Shown piece by piece: positions 62,560-64,000 of a stretch of 64,000 nucleotides of DNA. Numbering within the stretch: position 1 is the stretch's first letter; each line of letters starts with the position of its first letter. The notes under the pieces were generated by a model. The model made no database searches, was not told the DNA's origin, and was given only the letters and a program-made list of their open reading frames with translations. The position numbers were made by a program, and so were the translations under genes. This DNA comes from Polaromonas sp. (GTDB lineage: Bacteria; Pseudomonadota; Gammaproteobacteria; Burkholderiales; Burkholderiaceae_C), in NCBI RefSeq assembly GCF_016185115.1, contig NZ_JACPOF010000029.1, forward strand, positions 62,530 to 126,529, given 5' to 3'.

Positions 62560-64000
62560 ATGATCGGAGTCAAGGAAGCCATCCCCGGGGTGACTTACAT
62601 ACCGCTGGACAAACTGACGGAGTACGTCGCCGCAGGCGAGCTTGAAAACCGCACGCTGACTGAAGCGCTGGCCGGGTCCTTCAAGACCAATGCCGGGCGC
62701 GTGGCCATCGCCAGCCCTGAAGGCGAGGTGACTTACGCGCAGCTTGACGACATCACCGACCGCTTTGCCGCAGCCCTGCTGCAGCTTGGCATGAAGCCGC
62801 TGGACCGCGTTATCTTTCAGTCCGGCAACTGCCGCGAAGTGATCTACACGGTTGTCGGGTGCCTCAAGGCAGGCCTGATTCCGGTCTGCACGCTTGCCGC
62901 GCATCGCGAACTTGAAATCGAATACCTGGGCCGGCATACCGATGCGCGTTTGCACATCGTGCAGGGCAACGACCCGAAGTTCGACCTGCCGGGTTTTGCC
63001 CTCAAGACAAAGTCGCAGATCCCAACCATGCGGCACGTGATCTCATTCCTGGGCGAGAAGCGCGAAGGCATCCTGCGGTTTGAAGACCTGATTGCCCAAC
63101 CGGTGTCCGCCCCTGCAAGGCAGGCCCTTGCAGACGTTCCGCGCGACCCTTACCAGGTGGCGGTCTTCCAGTTGTCGGGCGGCACGACCGGTGTTCCCAA
63201 GGTGATACCGCGCATGCAGAACGACTACCTGCGCAACGCGCTGGGCAGCATGGAAGCCATGGGGCTGCGGGCCACCGACGTGCTCTTCATGCCCATGCCC
63301 ATGATGCACAACGCCGCCATGATCTGCATCTGGCTGCCATCCCTTCTGGCCGGCTCGACCTTTGTGATTCCCGGCGGCATGACCGCAGAGACATGGGGTG
63401 AGGTGTTCAGCGCCTACAGGCCGACCTTTATCGGCATGATCCGTGCGCTGTTGCCCCGGCTTGATGAAATGGTCACGCGCAAGCTCGGCAGCCTCGACCA
63501 GGTACGCGGCGCCTGGGCACCCGATGCCGCGCGCGTGATTCGCGAGAGGTACGGCATCCTCAGTTTCGGGATGTTCGGCATGTCGGAAGGCCTGAACCTG
63601 TATTGCCGGGCAGACGACCCGGAGGAAGCACGGGACTGGACCATAGGGCGACCCCTGTCCCGGCTTGACGAGGTGCGGCTGGTCGAACCCGGTACCGAAC
63701 GCGACGTGGCCGTCGGCGACGTCGGCGAATTCATATGCCGGGGCCCCTACACATTGCGCGGTTACTACAACGCGCCAGACCGCAATGCGCAGGCCTTCAC
63801 CGCCGACGGTTATTACCGCAGCGGCGACCTGATGATGCAGCGCGAGATCGAAGGAAAGCTTTATTACGCTTTCGCAGGGCGCACCAAGGACGTCATTGAC
63901 CGCGGCGGCGAAAAGATCAATTGCGAGGAAGTCGAAAGCGCCGCATCCACCCACCCGGCCATATCGGAATGCGCCGTGGTTGCAATGCCCGATCCGGTGC
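62560..64000 (+). CDS. AMP-dependent synthetase/ligase (aryl-acid--AMP ligase, EntE/DhbE-like), C-terminus beyond the window end
   Basis: AGGAGAC Shine-Dalgarno sequence before ATG 62560. The frame is open to the window end. Carries the motifs FQLSGGTTGVPK and YYRSGDL...GRTKD. It is absent from the ORF track because no stop lies in the window. Confidence 0.88.
   Translation, partial: MIGVKEAIPGVTYIPLDKLTEYVAAGELENRTLTEALAGSFKTNAGRVAIASPEGEVTYAQLDDITDRFAAALLQLGMKPLDRVIFQSGNCREVIYTVVGCLKAGLIPVCTLAAHRELEIEYLGRHTDARLHIVQGNDPKFDLPGFALKTKSQIPTMRHVISFLGEKREGILRFEDLIAQPVSAPARQALADVPRDPYQVAVFQLSGGTTGVPKVIPRMQNDYLRNALGSMEAMGLRATDVLFMPMPMMHNAAMICIWLPSLLAGSTFVIPGGMTAETWGEVFSAYRPTFIGMIRALLPRLDEMVTRKLGSLDQVRGAWAPDAARVIRERYGILSFGMFGMSEGLNLYCRADDPEEARDWTIGRPLSRLDEVRLVEPGTERDVAVGDVGEFICRGPYTLRGYYNAPDRNAQAFTADGYYRSGDLMMQREIEGKLYYAFAGRTKDVIDRGGEKINCEEVESAASTHPAISECAVVAMPDPV

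Noticed and set aside
62539-63954. Two - strand ORFs (62539-63036 and 63043-63954) at the right end of the window.
   Set aside because: The + strand frame from ATG 62560 is open to the window end and encodes clear AMP-binding motifs (SGGTTGVPK and YYRSGDL..GRTKD). The minus-strand ORFs are shadows. The true gene is missing from the track only because it has no stop in the window.

Overview
GC-rich betaproteobacterial chromosome segment. The Comamonadaceae-like assignment is an inference from six Bug/TctC-type solute-binding genes, the phaC-phaA arrangement and the many LysR/IclR-controlled catabolic modules. About 60 protein genes and 2 tRNAs can be supported.

Housekeeping and PHA genes lie in the first 22 kb: phaA (partial), phaC, yggT, rnr, tRNA-Leu, rimO, phaR, tRNA-Val, rnk, relA, bdhA and cbpAM. 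The rest is a mosaic of small regulator-plus-enzyme-plus-binding-protein catabolic modules. These include an FAD monooxygenase/VOC/SnoaL set, a VOC/meta-cleavage hydrolase/Tat-amidohydrolase set, a RidA/DSD1/HAD set, an ALDH/Fe-ADH set and a Rieske dioxygenase alpha-beta set.

Two things stand out.

1. A roughly 2.1 kb visibly AT-richer island at 34.5-36.7 kb. I read it as an integrase-less integron-type cassette array. It has three same-strand ORFs, each followed by an attC-like imperfect palindrome that starts RYYYAAC-like and ends GTTRRRY. Stop codons sit inside the inverse core site, and the left junction looks attI-like. The cassettes encode a small Cys-rich ORF, a HEPN-like protein with an R-x5-H motif, and a protein with a winged-helix-like N-terminus, a coiled coil and a C-terminal TM anchor. 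This is the best candidate for an undescribed toxin or defence function.

2. A family of structured, AT-rich, roughly 190 bp non-coding intergenic repeats. There are three full and two tail-only copies, mostly between convergent genes.

No CRISPR array, rRNA, transposase, integrase or prophage gene was seen. All product calls come from reading motifs in the translations, not from database searches.
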